DNA from: Calditrichales bacterium
GTDB lineage: Bacteria; Calditrichota; Calditrichia; Calditrichales; J004
Length of the DNA stretch: 64,000 nucleotides
Assembly (NCBI GenBank): GCA_965267575.1
Contig: OZ254086.1
Coordinates: 576,001-640,000, forward strand
Reading direction: 5' to 3'
Positions within the stretch are counted from its first letter, which is position 1. Every line of letters begins with the position of its first letter. Made by a program: the position numbers and the translations under genes. Below, piece after piece: positions 17,702-28,200 of the stretch. The notes under the pieces are model-generated. The model was given only the letters and a program-made list of their open reading frames with translations, made no database searches and was not told the DNA's origin.

Positions 17702-20700
17702 TTATTCGGATTGAGATGTATCGGCAGGCACCGGAACAGGCGCCGGTTTGGCTTCTATGGTGACCGCTGCTTCGGCCGTCGCTTCGCCGTCGGAGACAAT
17801 CACGGATACCGTGTAGCTGCCTTCCTGCCCGGCTTGCGGTGTCCAGCTTAAGGTGCCGCCGGAAATGGTCATACCGTCGGGAGCACCGGTTAGCTCGTAG
17901 CTCAGGTCGTCGTTGTCGGGATCTTCGCTGCGGAAGTTAAGCGACAGGGTCTGGCCCACCTGTACCGTACCGCGCGGCGGACCTGTAATCGAAGGCTCTC
18001 GGTTAAGATTATTTACCGTTACCGGTACCTGCAGCGTGCTTTCGATTGTCCCGTCAGAGACGCTGATATTTATGTTGTATTCTCCGGACTGATCATAACC
18101 CGGCGTCCAGCTGAACGAGCCATCGGCCGTAAATTCGGCACCTTGCGGCAGACCAGCGGCGCTGAAGGTCAGCTTACCCTCGTCTTCCTGGTCAGGATCA
18201 CTGGCTGTTACGGCAAAGGTCAATGTTTCGGTTTCACCCACGGTTTGCGCGCCAGGGTCGTCTATCTGCGGCGGACGATTGACGTGGTTCACCGTTAAAT
18301 CAAAACTTATCGAAGCAGACAATCCCGCAGGATCCGTTACAGTTGCCGTAATGCCGGGATACACACCGGAATCGTTGTAGCCGGGCGTCCAGCTTATCGT
18401 ACGGCTGCCTTCGTCAAACGTGGCGCCCTCCGGCAGATTTTCCACAGTGACGGTTATAACGCCCTGGTCTTCGGCATCCAGATCGCTCTCATCAAGAGCT
18501 ACCTGCCAGGGTGTGTTTTCATCAACAACCTGGTTTTGCACAGCACTGATCAGCGGCGCGCGGTTAACATGGTTTACGGTTATCTCCAGCGGCTGCTCCA
18601 CCTGGAATTCGCCGTCGCTGACAACGATCGTCGTCGTATAGTTACCGGATTGATCGTATCCCGGCGTCCAGGTCAGTTGCAGGCTTGCTTCGTCAAAGAC
18701 GGCACCTTGCGGCAGGTTAGTCGCCGTATATGTTAACTGGCCCTGGTCTTCGGCATCCGGGTCAGTGGCCGGCGGAATCGAAACCGTCAACTGGCTGTTT
18801 TCATCGACCGTTTGGGCCTGCAGTGCTTCGAACTGCGGCGTACGGTTTACATGGTTAACGGTAATGGGTACAGTTAATTCATCGGTTGCTCCGACAGGAT
18901 CGGCAACCACGAATACAGGTGTGTAGCTGCCCGATTGCTCGAACTTGGGCGTCCACGTAAAGCCACCCGTGGCGGCATCAAAAACCGCACCTTCCGGCAG
19001 GTCGCGCACGCTCAGTTGCCACTGTCCTGCATCCTCTTCATCCGGGTCCGAAGCGCTGACCGAAAACTGCAGTGGCTGGTTTTCATCCACACTTTGCGCC
19101 ACCAGTGAATCCAGTACCGGCGGTCGGTTTACGTGGTTCACGGTAATCGTTGTGCCTTGCGTAACAATGAATTCGTCATCTGTTACACTAAAAACAACAG
19201 GGTATTCGCCCGATTGTGTAAATCCCGGCGTCCAGGTAAACGTGCTGCCCTGCAGCTGAGCGCCGTCGGGAAGAGCATCTATGCTATATTGCAAATTACC
19301 CTGATCCTCAATGTCGGGATCGCTACCCTGCAATTCGATGGTAAGCAGACTGTTTTCATCCACGCTTTGGGCGGCGATCGCTGCCAGCGCGGGAGTGCGG
19401 TTCACATGGTCAACCGTGATGGTAAGAGTTTGGCTACTCTGCAATCCGGCGGGATCGCTTACCGTAAAGCCAACGTTGTCGTAGGTGCCGGACTGGTCAA
19501 AACCCGGCGTCCAGTTGAAAACGAGACTGTCCTGGTCAAAGGTTGCCCCCTGCGGCAGGTTTTGCGCCGTATAGACCAGCTTGCCCGCATCCTCAACATC
19601 CGGATCACTGCCCGAAATCGTAAAGGACAGCGGCGCGTTTTCATCTGTCTGCTGATTAGCGATAGCATCAAGAACAGGCGGGCGGTTTACATGATTAACC
19701 GTAACGGTCAGCGTACTGGAATCACTCAGCGCACCGGCCTGGAAAATAAAGAGAATATCTTCATAGGTGCCAGACTGATCATAGGTCGGCGTCCAGCTGA
19801 AGGTTGCCGTTTGCGCGTCAAAGGTAGCGCCTTCCGGCAGGTTTTCCGCGCGGTAGCTCAGTTTGTCCTGGTCTTCCTGATCCGGGTCTTGACCGGACAA
19901 GGTTAATTGAAGCTGCTCGGCTTCGTTGATCGTGGCATCGGCCAGCGGCTCCAGAACCGGCTTTCGGTCAACGTGGTCAACCGTAATAGTCGCGCCATCG
20001 CGATAAACACCGCCTGCCGGGTCATGGATCAAAAAATCCACCGTGTAAACACCGGATTGCTCAAAGGTCGGCGTCCAGCTAAATGTGCGCGTCTCCGGAT
20101 TGAACGTAGCCCCCATCGGCATATTCTGGGCGCTGTAGGTCAAACGGCCCTTATCCTCAACATCCGGATCACTGCCCTCTTCAAGCGTAAATGATATCGC
20201 ACTGTTTTCCGGTCCACCGGCATCGGCCACATCAGGCAAAACGGGGTTGCGGTTTACGTGATTGACCGTAATATCAAACGTGGTGCTTGTGCTCAGGGCA
20301 CTGCCGGTTCGTTCAATAACACTAATTTTCACAGCGGGATAGCTGCCGGACTGGTCGTAGGTCGGCGTCCAGTTGAAAGCGCCACTCAGGCTGTCAAATA
20401 CAGCCCCTTCGGGCAGGTTCTCAATCTCAAAATAATAGGCGTCACCATCGGGATCGTAGGCCTGGGCGCTGAAAATAAGCGGCGTATTTTCATCCACGGT
20501 CATATTATCAAGCTTTGTTATAACCGGCGGGTGGTTATGGCGCACGATGATGGTTTTGTTATCTGCGGCCACGAAAACATAAACATCGTTTTTCCAGCTG
20601 GAGAACACTTTACTCTCTGCCTGATAATCTCCCTCTTTGACCGGATTGGAAGGATTGGTTACATCAATAATATCAAGGCGGCGCTCCGTTTCATTAGCCA

Positions 20701-21529
20701 GGAAAGCCGTATTTCCGGTTTTAAATACATGGAACACATAACCGTCAACGGTAATGGAACTGAGCTTTTTGGGTAAAGCTTTATTGCTAACATCAATAAT
20801 CCACAGACCATCCGCGCCGTTGGCCACATAGGCGATATCGTTATCTACCTGGACAACCTTGGCGTAGCGCATGCCGGGAAACTGACCGATGCGCTCGGGC
20901 TTTGCGGCGGAAGTAACATCAAGGATCTGTAAACCGTTGCTCTTGTCGGCCACATAAAGTGTCTTGTCCACAAGATACAGGCCCCAGGCCCAGTCGGCTG
21001 TATCGTAACGGCCCACTTCAATAGGCTTGGCAGGATTGCTTACATCATAAATGTGCACACCACGGGTTTCTTCAGCCACATATACATAAGGCTCGGAAGC
21101 AACGACCCAGAGGGCATCACCTTCGGTATTAATGCGTCCGATTTCCTTGATATTTGCGGGGTCCGAAACATCCAGTATGGTTACACCATATAGCTCGCTT
21201 GACAAGTAGGCCCTGTCGTTTTCAACAAAACAGTTATGCGAGCGGTCTTCGGTAAAAAAGGTGCCAAGCTCCACGGGGTTTTGCAGATCGGATACATCCA
21301 CAACCTGAAGACCGGACCAGACATTGGTAATGTAAAGCTTATCGTCGTTAAAAAAGACATTGACAATACCGTCCTGCACCTGCTCTCCGGAAACGATGCG
21401 CATGGGTTCGATTTCACTTATGTATTCGGCGCTGGCCTGCTGCGCCTGCAAAGCCGTCACCGGTAAAAGCAGTAAGAACGCAAATAACGTTCTAAATCCG
21501 GTTTTTGCATGGACATTAAAAATAGACAT
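17702..21529 (-). CDS. Secreted LVIVD-repeat (beta-propeller-like) protein with ten tandem cadherin-like/He_PIG Ig domains
   Basis: Signal peptide; repeats GLQVVDVS, GVTILDVS, GVHIYDVS, GLQILDVT, GLWIIDVS, RLDIIDVT; then ten units of about 95 aa, N[HR]xP...DPD.ED...LP.GA.FD...WTP.[YF][DE]QSG.Y. Confidence 0.9.
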   Translation of the reverse strand: MSIFNVHAKTGFRTLFAFLLLLPVTALQAQQASAEYISEIEPMRIVSGEQVQDGIVNVFFNDDKLYITNVWSGLQVVDVSDLQNPVELGTFFTEDRSHNCFVENDRAYLSSELYGVTILDVSDPANIKEIGRINTEGDALWVVASEPYVYVAEETRGVHIYDVSNPAKPIEVGRYDTADWAWGLYLVDKTLYVADKSNGLQILDVTSAAKPERIGQFPGMRYAKVVQVDNDIAYVANGADGLWIIDVSNKALPKKLSSITVDGYVFHVFKTGNTAFLANETERRLDIIDVTNPSNPVKEGDYQAESKVFSSWKNDVYVFVAADNKTIIVRHNHPPVITKLDNMTVDENTPLIFSAQAYDPDGDAYYFEIENLPEGAVFDSLSGAFNWTPTYDQSGSYPAVKISVIERTGSALSTSTTFDITVNHVNRNPVLPDVADAGGPENSAISFTLEEGSDPDVEDKGRLTYSAQNMPMGATFNPETRTFSWTPTFEQSGVYTVDFLIHDPAGGVYRDGATITVDHVDRKPVLEPLADATINEAEQLQLTLSGQDPDQEDQDKLSYRAENLPEGATFDAQTATFSWTPTYDQSGTYEDILFIFQAGALSDSSTLTVTVNHVNRPPVLDAIANQQTDENAPLSFTISGSDPDVEDAGKLVYTAQNLPQGATFDQDSLVFNWTPGFDQSGTYDNVGFTVSDPAGLQSSQTLTITVDHVNRTPALAAIAAQSVDENSLLTIELQGSDPDIEDQGNLQYSIDALPDGAQLQGSTFTWTPGFTQSGEYPVVFSVTDDEFIVTQGTTITVNHVNRPPVLDSLVAQSVDENQPLQFSVSASDPDEEDAGQWQLSVRDLPEGAVFDAATGGFTWTPKFEQSGSYTPVFVVADPVGATDELTVPITVNHVNRTPQFEALQAQTVDENSQLTVSIPPATDPDAEDQGQLTYTATNLPQGAVFDEASLQLTWTPGYDQSGNYTTTIVVSDGEFQVEQPLEITVNHVNRAPLISAVQNQVVDENTPWQVALDESDLDAEDQGVITVTVENLPEGATFDEGSRTISWTPGYNDSGVYPGITATVTDPAGLSASISFDLTVNHVNRPPQIDDPGAQTVGETETLTFAVTASDPDQEDEGKLTFSAAGLPQGAEFTADGSFSWTPGYDQSGEYNINISVSDGTIESTLQVPVTVNNLNREPSITGPPRGTVQVGQTLSLNFRSEDPDNDDLSYELTGAPDGMTISGGTLSWTPQAGQEGSYTVSVIVSDGEATAEAAVTIEAKPAPVPVPADTSQSE
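17750..20536 (-). repeat. Ten tandem Ig/cadherin-like coding repeats (period about 285-290 nt)
   Basis: Recurring ggcgtcca (WTP) and NHVNRxP-type junction peptides. Confidence 0.85.
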
Positions 21530-21724
21530 TTTTTATGCTCCTGCTAAGGAAGTAGGTTGTTGGTTTTCAATTTGGGCAGCCAAAAATTTCTGCACCAAAC
21601 CATCTCTGTTTTTGCGAGAACAAATCGTCCTGATTTTCGACAAACTGCGGTTACTCTTTAAAGATGACAATCATTAAAGTTATATAAGGTCAGGCAGCAA
21701 AGCTTATCCGTAAAGGTAAGAAAT

Positions 21725-22978
21725 TCAATGACCGGATTCTACGATTTCGCTAAGAAAAGAGTGATACTGCTCAGCCAGGCGGCTGCGCTCGTATTTGGCG
21801 ATTTCCGGCTGATCGGGCTTTGGAAGCGAGCGCTTTTCCATCCAGCCAATAATACAATCACAAATGGCCCGCGTGTTTTGCGGATCGATCACTTTGCCGG
21901 CATTGCAGGCGTTGATCAGATCGGCCGCTGCACCCCGTTCCGGCACAAGCGCCAAAACCGGCTTAGTAAGCCTTAAGTATTCATATACCTTACCGCCGAT
22001 TGTATTCCCCGCATGGCGGTGGCGGCTATCCAAAATGAAACAGAAAGCGGACATGGCATTAAGGATTGACAACGCCCGTGGGTGCTCTTTATAACCCCAC
22101 TCCACCAAGATGTCGCCCAGCCCGAAACGTTCCGCCGTTTTCCTGAGCGGATACGCCGAACTCCCGATGTGGTGAAAACGCAATCGTTTATATAAATGCG
22201 GGGCCTGCGTCTTGAGATATGCAAATGCCTTAAATAATGGTCGGGGATGATTCAGATGCGAATAAAACGTGCCTGAAAAAGCCAGATGAAAACAGTCTTT
22301 TTCAAGTTCCACATACTCCAGTCCGTCAAAGTCAGCTTCATCATAGCCGTTGGGTATAACCGCTATTTTATGTGAGGCGCTGTCCGCAAACGGGGCGACA
22401 GGCCCGCTATAAGCAGAGACAATGAAAGGCAGTTTCCGGAGCGTTCTTTTTTCCAGGTGCCGGTCTATTAACCTGTGCAAAGGTGTCGGGTGGATTTTGT
22501 AAGGATTGTCCGACCAGGGATCGCGCATGTCCAGCACAAGAGGCGCGGAAATATGCCCGGCCAGTTGCGCAGCACTAAGGGCCAGGCTATATGGCGGTAT
22601 GCTGAACAAAACAATATCATACTTTTTATCGCTCAGCTTTTCACTTACGGCATCTATGGTATTAACCGACCATTTTTTTCGCGAATCGGGAAGGTAAAGC
22701 AGGGATGAAAGCCAGCGCAGTAAAAAACCGGGCCTGAACAGGCCAAGCATTTTTCCAGCCGGCGCCTTAAACGGTATACGGCGCACATCCAGGTCGCCGG
22801 GAAGCTCGGCCAGCAGCGTGGGGTCATGCGGCTGCAAGGCGTTTTTCTCGTCTGCGCAAATAACACTGAACTTCCAGCCCCGTCCTGAAAGGTATTTAAT
22901 CAGTTTGGAAAGACGCTGAACACCTCCGCCACCGGTGGGCGGAAAGTAATATGTTACAATCAGGCACTTTCTATCCAC
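21725..22978 (-). CDS. Glycosyltransferase family 4-like protein
   Basis: YYFPPTGGGGVQR..K..KYL, D.RDPW, VIPNGYDEADF, GKVYEYL...KPVL. Confidence 0.88.
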   Translation of the reverse strand: MDRKCLIVTYYFPPTGGGGVQRLSKLIKYLSGRGWKFSVICADEKNALQPHDPTLLAELPGDLDVRRIPFKAPAGKMLGLFRPGFLLRWLSSLLYLPDSRKKWSVNTIDAVSEKLSDKKYDIVLFSIPPYSLALSAAQLAGHISAPLVLDMRDPWSDNPYKIHPTPLHRLIDRHLEKRTLRKLPFIVSAYSGPVAPFADSASHKIAVIPNGYDEADFDGLEYVELEKDCFHLAFSGTFYSHLNHPRPLFKAFAYLKTQAPHLYKRLRFHHIGSSAYPLRKTAERFGLGDILVEWGYKEHPRALSILNAMSAFCFILDSRHRHAGNTIGGKVYEYLRLTKPVLALVPERGAAADLINACNAGKVIDPQNTRAICDCIIGWMEKRSLPKPDQPEIAKYERSRLAEQYHSFLSEIVESGH

Positions 22979-23610
22979 GTCTGCTGTTCCAGGTCTTTGA
23001 TAGGCTGATAAATCAACTGAAAATCATCTTCGTTATTTTCAAAATCGCGGCCAGCCGTCTCAATGGTGACGACATGAAAACCGGACTCTTTTGCCCTGTC
23101 GATCCAGTTGTCGTAAGCATCATTCAGGCGTTTAAGGTATACCGGATCGATGGTTTTTTCATACTCCCGGCCACGCATGGCGATGTGTTTTAACAGTCTG
23201 TCCACCGGTGAGCGCAGGTATAGTATAAGATCGGGCTGCCGCAGGTATTGTACCATGGTCGAAAAAAGCTCGCGGTAGTTGTTGTAATCGCGGTCGCTCA
23301 TAAAGCCCTGCTTGTGCAGCGTATGCGCAAAAATCTCCACGTCTTCATAAATCGATCGGTCCTGGATGCAGGAATCCGGCCAGTCGGTAATTTCTTTCTG
23401 GCTTTTAAAACGGTTGGATAAAAAGAAAACCTGCAGGTGAAAGCTCCAACGCTTCATATCCCCGTAAAAATCGGAAAGATAGGGATTGTCGATTACTTTT
23501 TCGAAATAGGCGCGCCAGCCCAAACGCTCGCTCAGTTTTGCGGTAAGTGTGGTTTTTCCCACGCCAATATTGCCGGCTACGGCCACAAAAAGTTTTCGCT
23601 TCTTTGGCAC
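22960..23610 (-). CDS. Deoxynucleoside kinase
   Basis: AGNIGVGKTTL, NPYLSDFY.D..RW.F.LQ.FFL..R, QDRSIYED..IF, RGREYE. Confidence 0.93.
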   Translation of the reverse strand: MPKKRKLFVAVAGNIGVGKTTLTAKLSERLGWRAYFEKVIDNPYLSDFYGDMKRWSFHLQVFFLSNRFKSQKEITDWPDSCIQDRSIYEDVEIFAHTLHKQGFMSDRDYNNYRELFSTMVQYLRQPDLILYLRSPVDRLLKHIAMRGREYEKTIDPVYLKRLNDAYDNWIDRAKESGFHVVTIETAGRDFENNEDDFQLIYQPIKDLEQQTWIESA

Positions 23611-23683
23611 TCCACTGTCTCCATATATAAAAAAAGCAATGTACTAAATGCGCAGGAAATGTAGCAACCGGCAGAAGAAACAA

Positions 23684-25261
23684 TCAATTAAACTCAAATA
23701 CGAGGTTGGTATAAAAGCGTACCGGCACCCCCTTGATCGTGCCGACCCGGAAGCGGAATTCGCGCGCCGATTCCATGGCAAGGCGATCAAGGTAGGGATT
23801 AATACCCCGTATCACCGATGCGTTTTCGACCCGCCCGTCCTTGCTAACCACCGCACGGATGATCACCTTGCCTTTAAACTGGCTTAAAGAGGGGTCCGTA
23901 ACCTGAGGTACTCTTTTCCGCAGTACCTCACGCTTTTCGTCGAGGAAGGTCTCCAGGAATATCTGGTCGTAATTGATCGGCACATTCTCAACATCATTGT
24001 CTGCCTGTGCCAGAGCGTTTTCTGAAGCGGGGTTTTCCAGCCTGCTGGGAGGTGTATTGAGCAGTTGCGGATTGTTGTTCTGCCTCGCCGCGGATTGTTC
24101 CGTATTTGCCTCAGCAGGGACGTTTTCAGCATCTTCTGCGTCTTGCGGCGTAAGTGTGTTACCGTCTGTACCCGTTGTTCCTGCCGGATTGCTGCGGTTC
24201 TGAGCGGTGATCTCTTCTGCTGGCCCCGGCGGCGTTTGTGCAGTATTATTGCCTCCCTGCTGAGCTCCTGTTTCACCGGGCTGCGCGTTCTGCGACGCAA
24301 GCCGGTTGTCTTCAGGAGATGCCTGGGACAAACGGATCAGCTCATCGAGGTTGGTTTCACCAAGAATAGGTTCAACATCAATCTGGCCGTATCGCTGTTC
24401 ATCATTACCGTCATAAATCCGCTCGGCGATAAGTTCCCGGTTGGCGCTGCCACCCCAGAAATTGTTTTCAGCCAGCAATGTCATGGAAGTATGGTTGTAG
24501 AGATCAAACTCGGCGTTATCAAATATGCGGTTTTTCCCCTCATTATAATCATCCCCTTCTGCGGTATTGCCCAGATTTGGCTGGGCCATGCTGAAAGCGA
24601 TCACGCCAATCTGGTTCAATGAAATCAGATTCTGCGATAAAACCGGTTTGGCGCCCAGACTGGCAATTATCCCCGCATAGCCGTTTTCGGAAATAATATT
24701 TTTTAAAAGCCGCGGAGTGGCTTTTACCTCTGCTACGATGCCGGCATTGTAATTAAGGCGGATCTGGGAGTTGCGGATCATTGGGCTGCTTTTTTTAATG
24801 CTGATACCGTTAAAGGCATATTCCACGACGCAGAAATCCATAATCGACATCTGTTTGGGGCTCAGAAAAACGATACCATACCAGTCCCCCATCCGCCTGT
24901 CTTCGGAATATGAGGAGAAGAAAATATTATTGCCCAGCTCGCCCTTTGCCGTCAGGCGTCCTTTAACGATCAGTTCGCTGCGCGTTTTATCCTGTCCACT
25001 TTGACGGGCATCGGACTGAGGTTTGAATAGTATGCGTGTACCGGGCTCTATCGTCAGCAAAGCGTCCGGGGCAATTTCCACATCACCCTCAATTATGACG
25101 GTTCCGCTCCAGATCTCCTTGCTGGTGATCGTTTTACCGGTTATCACCTGGCGTTGCGCAAAAAGCTCTGCGCAGAACAGCAACAGCAGAGCGATGGTTA
25201 TAACGTATTTCATAAATACTCTGCGGGGGTACCGCTTTTGGTCCGTCCTTAACAACATCAA
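23684..25261 (-). CDS. Secreted right-handed beta-helix protein with low-complexity linker and C-terminal TonB_C domain
   Basis: Signal peptide (MKYVITIALLLLFCAELFA, alternative start 25213); WSGTVIIEGDV.I...LTIEPGT, GDWYGI, VEYA..GI, AENNFWG beta-helix motifs; C-terminal GKVIIRAVVSKDGRV.NA.V.RG...LD..A..A..FRF..G...G.PV. ATGA overlap with the cheA stop. Confidence 0.8.
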   Translation of the reverse strand: MMLLRTDQKRYPRRVFMKYVITIALLLLFCAELFAQRQVITGKTITSKEIWSGTVIIEGDVEIAPDALLTIEPGTRILFKPQSDARQSGQDKTRSELIVKGRLTAKGELGNNIFFSSYSEDRRMGDWYGIVFLSPKQMSIMDFCVVEYAFNGISIKKSSPMIRNSQIRLNYNAGIVAEVKATPRLLKNIISENGYAGIIASLGAKPVLSQNLISLNQIGVIAFSMAQPNLGNTAEGDDYNEGKNRIFDNAEFDLYNHTSMTLLAENNFWGGSANRELIAERIYDGNDEQRYGQIDVEPILGETNLDELIRLSQASPEDNRLASQNAQPGETGAQQGGNNTAQTPPGPAEEITAQNRSNPAGTTGTDGNTLTPQDAEDAENVPAEANTEQSAARQNNNPQLLNTPPSRLENPASENALAQADNDVENVPINYDQIFLETFLDEKREVLRKRVPQVTDPSLSQFKGKVIIRAVVSKDGRVENASVIRGINPYLDRLAMESAREFRFRVGTIKGVPVRFYTNLVFEFN

Positions 25262-28200
25262 CGGCCGGTCTCAATAAACTCCGTTATCGCGTTAAGCAGG
25301 TCTTTTTCTTTAAAAGGTTTTACGAGAAAGTCATTTGCACCTAGATCGGTTCCGGCCTGGCGGTGTTTCATACCGGCCCTTCCCGTTAAAATAATAATCG
25401 GCAGATTTTTGTATTTCTCCTGGCTGCGAATACTGCCGATCAATTCAAATCCATGCATCTTGGGCATCTCAAGGTCGGTAATGACCAGATCGACTGTTTC
25501 TTCGCTGATCTTTTTCAGCGCTTCTTCACCATTTGTGGATTTAATTGTAGTAAAACCGTTCCGTTCCAGAATAGAACCCACAAAATTCCGCACGCTGTTG
25601 GAGTCATCCACAATCAGAATTGCCGGCTTGCGATCGCTGATCTCGCGCTTTCCGGCGGCAGCTTCACCCCTGCCTGCTTTCTTTTCTTTGGCCGGTTTCT
25701 CTTTTTCCGGAGCCGGGGCTACCGGGGCCACACTGCTCTTGCGCGAACTTAGACGCTCGGCCACTTTCCCGAAGAAATGCTTTTCAATTGTGCGGATTAC
25801 TAACGCGTAGTCGAGTATCAGCGCAACTTCGCCATTGGCCATAATGGTACCGCCGGCAACGTAGTCCACATTTTGCAGATGGCTGCCCAGGCTCTTTATA
25901 ACGATCTCACGCCGACCGATGATCTCATCGACGCCAAGCGCCATGCTGACACCGGCATCATAAATAACAATAGCCATGCGCTCTTCGAATTCGGCCTGTG
26001 GCGTATCTTCGCCAAAACGCAGCAAATCACCGAGAAAGACAAAGGGCAGCAATCTGCCACGCACACGGATATATTTTTTTCCGCCGTCTTCAACTATTTC
26101 GGCAGACTTATATTGCACAGATTCCTGAACAGCTATAACAGGTATCGCGATCGTCTGGAAATTGACCTTGACCATCAACGCCTGTGAGATAACCAGCGTC
26201 AGCGGCACCCTTAGACTGAAAGTGGTTCCGACATTCTTTTCGGTTTTTACACGGATATTGCCCTTTAATTTCTGAAGCTGATTGGCAACGGCATCCAGGC
26301 CGATTCCGCGGCCGGAAACATTACTTGCCTCCTCCCGTGTGCTAAAGCCGGGGTAGAAAATAAAATCCAGAATCTCTGCTTCGCTGAGATTGTCTATCTC
26401 CTGCGGATCGGCCAGGTTTTGCTCGATGGCTTTTTGCTTGACACTGTCAATATCAATACCGCAACCGTCATCCTCAATATTGATCACGATCTGGTTTTTA
26501 TCCTGGTGCGCTTTAAGAACAAGCGTGCCCGTTTCCGACTTCTTGTTTTTTTTGCGCTCTTCCGGCAGTTCCAGGCCGTGGTCAATCGCGTTGCGGATAA
26601 TGTGCAGAATCGGCTCGGAAAGACCCTCCACCATGGCCCTGTCCATCTCAGTATTGTTGTCCTCGATGATCAGGTTAACCTTTTTTTTCTGCTCTTTGGA
26701 CATATCGCGAACAGCGCGGGGATATCGGTTAAACAGGTTTTCCACCGGCACCATACGTGTTTTAAGAATATCATTGTGCAATATCTTGCTGAGGCTGCCG
26801 ATGCGGCTGATATTCTGCTCAAAACTTTCGGTGATCTTGTTAAGATCGGAATGGATCAGGTCTACGGTACGAACAACATCGCGGATATTCTGAGAAAGCT
26901 TTTTGACGTCCTGTTCACGGCCCGGCTTTTCCGCTTCCTCTATCGTTTTGCGCAGGCTATATTCCAGGGCATCCTCAATGGCGCTGTCGGCGCCGCGGAT
27001 TTGTTTCTTTTCTCCTTCAATTTCCGACAGCATCTCTTTTAAAGCCTGCAGATGGTTGCCAAGCTGGCTCTGGTTTATCATCAGTTCGGAGGCCATATCC
27101 ACAAGCTTGTCCATATACTCCGTGTTAATCCGCAGGATATTTTCGTCGTCGCTGCGCCTTTGTTTGGTAGGCCTTGGGGCGCTTGTTGCCGCGCTGCTCT
27201 CGGCCACTTCCTGAGTTGCTTCGCCCATGTCCTGGTATAAGAACATCTTATTGTCAATTTCTGCCAGGCGTGCCGTGTAATTGTCCACCTCCTCGCCGTC
27301 GCCCGCAGCAATCGAATCTACCATATCACTCATCAGGTCAAGGGCGGAAAAAACAGGATCGAGCATTTCGTTTTTACGGCTGCTCTCGCTTTGTTTAAAC
27401 AGCTGCAGGTAATCTTCCAGCTTATGAGCCAGATCGCCCAGCCTGCTGAATTTGGAAATGTAGGCGCTGCCCTTTAACGTGTGCGTACGGCGTAGGATGT
27501 TGGCCAGAAGCATCTCACTTTCCGGCATTTTTTCCAGCTCCAGATAATCTTTGTCAAGACCGCTGAGCAGTTCCTTGGCCTCATCGACAAAAATCTCCAG
27601 CATGTTTTCGGGAAGCTCTTCTTCTTCGGGAGCTGCCGCTGCTTCGGGCTGCTTTTGCGGCTGGACACTTAAACTGCCCGGATCCAGCGATTGCGCTATT
27701 TGAGCAATCTGCTCTGAATCTATTTCTTGGCCCGTGCTTAACTGCTGCAGCACATCCAGAGCATCCGCCACGGCATCATGCACATCGCCGGAGAAAAGAA
27801 GACTTTTTGTCTCCAGGCCTTCTCCAAGTATTTCCAGCTTGTCGGCGATTTGCGTCACGTCGGTAAAGCCCAGCATCTTGGAAGCGGATTTCAGGGAATG
27901 GGCAGCGTGACTTAAATTCTTGATCGCTTCATCGTTGGAGCTGTCATCCAGCAATACACGGTTGGCTTCCTGAAGGGTGGTAATAAAATTGGCCGATTCC
28001 TCACGGAAGATCTCAAGCAGCTCTTCATCTTCTTCTTCACCGGCAAACAGAGGCTTTTCCTCGGGCCTGGCTTGTTTTTCGCCGGCTTTTTCCCTGCCTT
28101 CCCTGGCAATTTCAAAGGGCTTGTCGGCCTCAGCGCTTTTGGCCGTTTCCTCGAGCATGGCTTTGTCCAGCCAGGCGTCCATGCGCTCAACCATATCCTG

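Noticed and set aside
17750..20536. Periodic DNA repeats as a CRISPR or mobile array
   Set aside because: Period of about 290 nt, degenerate at third positions, fully explained by tandem protein domains.
23638..23667. Possible internal promoter TTGCTA-18 nt-TACATT before the deoxynucleoside kinase
   Set aside because: Weak match with non-optimal spacing; not distinguishable from chance by eye.
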